A DNA stretch of 64,000 nt from Eledone cirrhosa (taxonomy: Eukaryota): assembly GCA_964016885.1 (NCBI GenBank), contig OZ024741.1:373798001-373862000 (forward strand). Reading direction: 5' to 3'. Position numbers and translations under genes: made by a program. How positions within the stretch are numbered: the stretch's first letter is position 1; every line of letters starts with the position of its first letter. Positions 61,201 to 64,000 of the stretch are shown here, piece by piece. Below the pieces are notes generated by a model. That model had not been told where the DNA came from, did not search any database, and saw only the letters and a list, made by a program, of their open reading frames with translations.

Positions 61201-62219
61201 AATACAAATAAATATATATTTGCTTATTTGACTAGCACTTTATTTCAACGACACCGGAAGAATAGATGGTAAGGTTGAGCTTAGTGCGATTTAATCTCAG
61301 AACGTAAAGAACTAAATGAAATAGCGTACAACATTGTGTCCAACACAAACGATTCTGCCAAACCTCCGCCCTAGACTTATGGCTTATCATAAACAGATTG
61401 ATACATATTATGTTGCACCTATAACAATTTAAATAAGCCAGCTGCTGCATCAGAATATTTGGAATCCGAAATAACTGTCTTAGTGCGAGCTTTTGTTTAT
61501 TTTTAGTTTCCAGAACGTATTGTGGTAATTATTTGTAACCATAGCTTTCTATATTCCAGATTCCTCTAGTTTCTGTGCAGCCTTTACAATACATATTTTA
61601 GCATTACATATTTTTTATGTATTAATATTATTAATTTTATTCGATAGTTTGTTTGTTTGGTTTTTCTCTTGTGCTTTTTCTCGTGAAGTATCCAGTTAAC
61701 ATAACTCATTCATGGTTTACATATGAGTATTAAGTACTCCTGAGAGCAATATGGCGATTATTTACATTGGAATTTATTTATTTCATTAAAATACATTGTA
61801 ATAAACATACAATTCCCTCTCGACGGAATTTCTTCTTTATTACACTTTTCCATAAAGGCTATATTTTTATTTCTAAAGAAATAACTTCAGAATTTATTCT
61901 TAGAATATGATTCATTTCTAGATCATGAACCACACAAGTAATTCTTCTAATTGTATTATCTATGAGCTTAACGCTTATTACAAACCTATAAATGTGTTTG
62001 CCATTGACGTATTTATAAGTACACATCATGTGTCAGACTCACTTTTGCAAACTTATTAGATTTGAATTTTCGATGAATTATTGAATATTTCTTCGGACAT
62101 ACTATTATGGCCATTTATCACACACCGAGGGCAGCTATCGGACCACAAACAATTAACTTCGTGGAACAGCTTCAATGTAACATCTACTTCGTTGAAACTC
62201 ATTTATTAAACATAATAAC

Positions 62220-62383
62220 GGCGAAATGGTCAGTCATTAGAATGTCGTATAAAATGTTTTGCAATATTCGTTTTTTCTCTCGCTGTGTTCGAAACCCACC
62301 GAGGTCAACTTTGCCTTTCATCTTTCCAAGGTCGATAAAAATAGAACCAGTCTAGTAAGGGATCGATTCTTCCTTTATATCAC

Positions 62384-62462
<79 letters not shown>

Positions 62463-62577
62463 CTCTCTGTGGAAGAAATCGACTGCTTTAAAACATGAAG
62501 AGGAAAGGGCTTCACCAGGTTCGAAATGCCCAAGACACGTTGTATGTCTCTAAGGCGTCATTACGTCTCCGCTGGGA
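62220..62577 (+). mobile_element. SINE family B alternative-tail copy with (CT)n
   Basis: gaggtcaactttgcctttcatc...ccaggttcgaaatgcccaagacac. Confidence 0.7.
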
Positions 62578-62658
62578 GACGCATACATACATACATACAT
62601 ACATACATACATACATACATACATACATACATACATACATACATACATACATACATAC

Positions 62659-63747
62659 ATGGTGGCTGCCAACTCGTTTTCGAGTACGGCCACTACTTTA
62701 TATCCATGTAGGAGAACCCCTACCGATGCGCTGAACAAGTGTGACTTTTTAGTCCAGCCAGCGACTTGAAATCTCTGGTACAAACACTACACTTGTGACA
62801 ATTATTGACACATAGTGCTGGGCCCATGTGATGACAAGTGCAGAGAGATCTCCAGATATAAAGCAATGCCTGTGCCGTGAAGCTTTTATAGTGAGCAAAG
62901 GCACTGCACAAAGCCAGTCCCACTCTCTTAACCAAGATGATATTTACCAAAAAGAAGAACAAGTCAACATCATTGGATACCATCAGGGTTGCAGGTGTTA
63001 TATCAGAGTTTTCCTTCTCCTAGAATTCTGCCTTGACAAAGGCTAAGGGGTCATCTCTCCCGGTGATTTTGGATGGCCATTGACTCTTAAGAGCTCCTTG
63101 CCCTTTGACAGGTTTTGTTTTTAGTCCTGCAGGATGTCCAAAGTCACCCTCCTCACCAAGAAACCTTGGTGGGGTTGCCAGTTTAGTCGCCAACGACCCG
63201 ACCATGAGACAGTACAACCTGTCTCATGTACAGCATACATACATACATACATGCAAGCATACAGTACAACCTGTCTCATGTACAACATACATACATACAT
63301 ACATACATACATACATACATACATACATACATACATACATACATGGTGGCTGCCAACTCGTTTTCGAGTACGGCCACTACTTTATATCCATGTAGGAGAA
63401 CCCCTACCGATGCGCTGAACGAGTGTGAATTTTTAGTCCAGCCAGCGACTTGAAAACTCTGGTACAAACACTACACTTGTGACAATTATTGACACAGTGC
63501 TGGGCCCATGGTACCATGTGACGGCAAGTGCAGAGAGATCTCCAGATATAAAGCAATGCCTGTGCCGTGAAGCTTTTATAGTGAACAAAGGCACTGCACA
63601 AAGCCAGTCCCACTCTCTTAACCAAGATGATATTTACCAAAAAGAAGAACAAGTCAACATCATTGGATACCATCAGGGTTGCAGGTGTTATATCAGAGTT
63701 TTCCTTCTCCTAGAATTCTGCCTTGACAAAGGCTAGGGGGTCATCTC
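62659..63747 (-). mobile_element. Tandem copies of the bipartite RTE-derived element with (TATG)n tails
   Basis: 62659-63212 and 63343-63747 are reverse complements of 30408-31020; 3' end at 63318-63400 region. Confidence 0.88.
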
Positions 63748-63852
63748 TAAGGGGTCATTACATACATGCAAGCATACATACATACATACACACATACACA
63801 CATACACACATACATACATACATACATACATACATACATACATGCATGCACA

Positions 63853-64000
63853 CATTCAGGAACAAGAACTCCCTACCAAATATCTGCTGCACAAAAGGGG
63901 AGGGCCATCAGCTGACAATAAATGTAGGCTATGTAAAACAAAGATCGAGGATGTAAGCCACATTGTTGCCAACTGCGAAAGAATGTCATCTCGCTACTAC
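63853..64000 (+). mobile_element. R4/Dong-like LINE fragment (zinc knuckle), runs off the window
   Basis: Manual translation gives [15 protein letters not shown], then DNKCRLCKTKIEDVSHIVANC (CCHC). Confidence 0.75.

Overview
Very AT-rich animal genomic DNA made almost entirely of microsatellites and transposable-element debris. The SINE families and repeat mix suggest an octopus/cephalopod; this is inference from recalled SINE sequences. I found no convincing host exon, and most listed ORFs are (TA)n/(TG)n artefacts. Recognisable elements: a near-full-length RTE LINE (APE-RT-C2H2 fingers, one frameshift), a GC-rich truncated RTE with a TSD inside a SINE, CR1-group and R4/Dong-like LINE pieces, two Penelope-like (PLE) coding remnants, a Helitron, hAT, Tigger/pogo and mariner relics, two SINE families and a bipartite RTE-derived non-autonomous family. 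The most striking unexplained signal is a set of short islands in (TA)n tracts. About ten unrelated families carry hand-foldable type I hammerhead ribozyme motifs, including short or palindromic stem III, 10.1-11.1 mismatch and U3-A8 variants. Many islands are fold-back palindromes that turn inside ribozyme stems, and one is a 593-bp unit with a 72-bp terminal redundancy. Folds were done by eye, and element boundaries are approximate.
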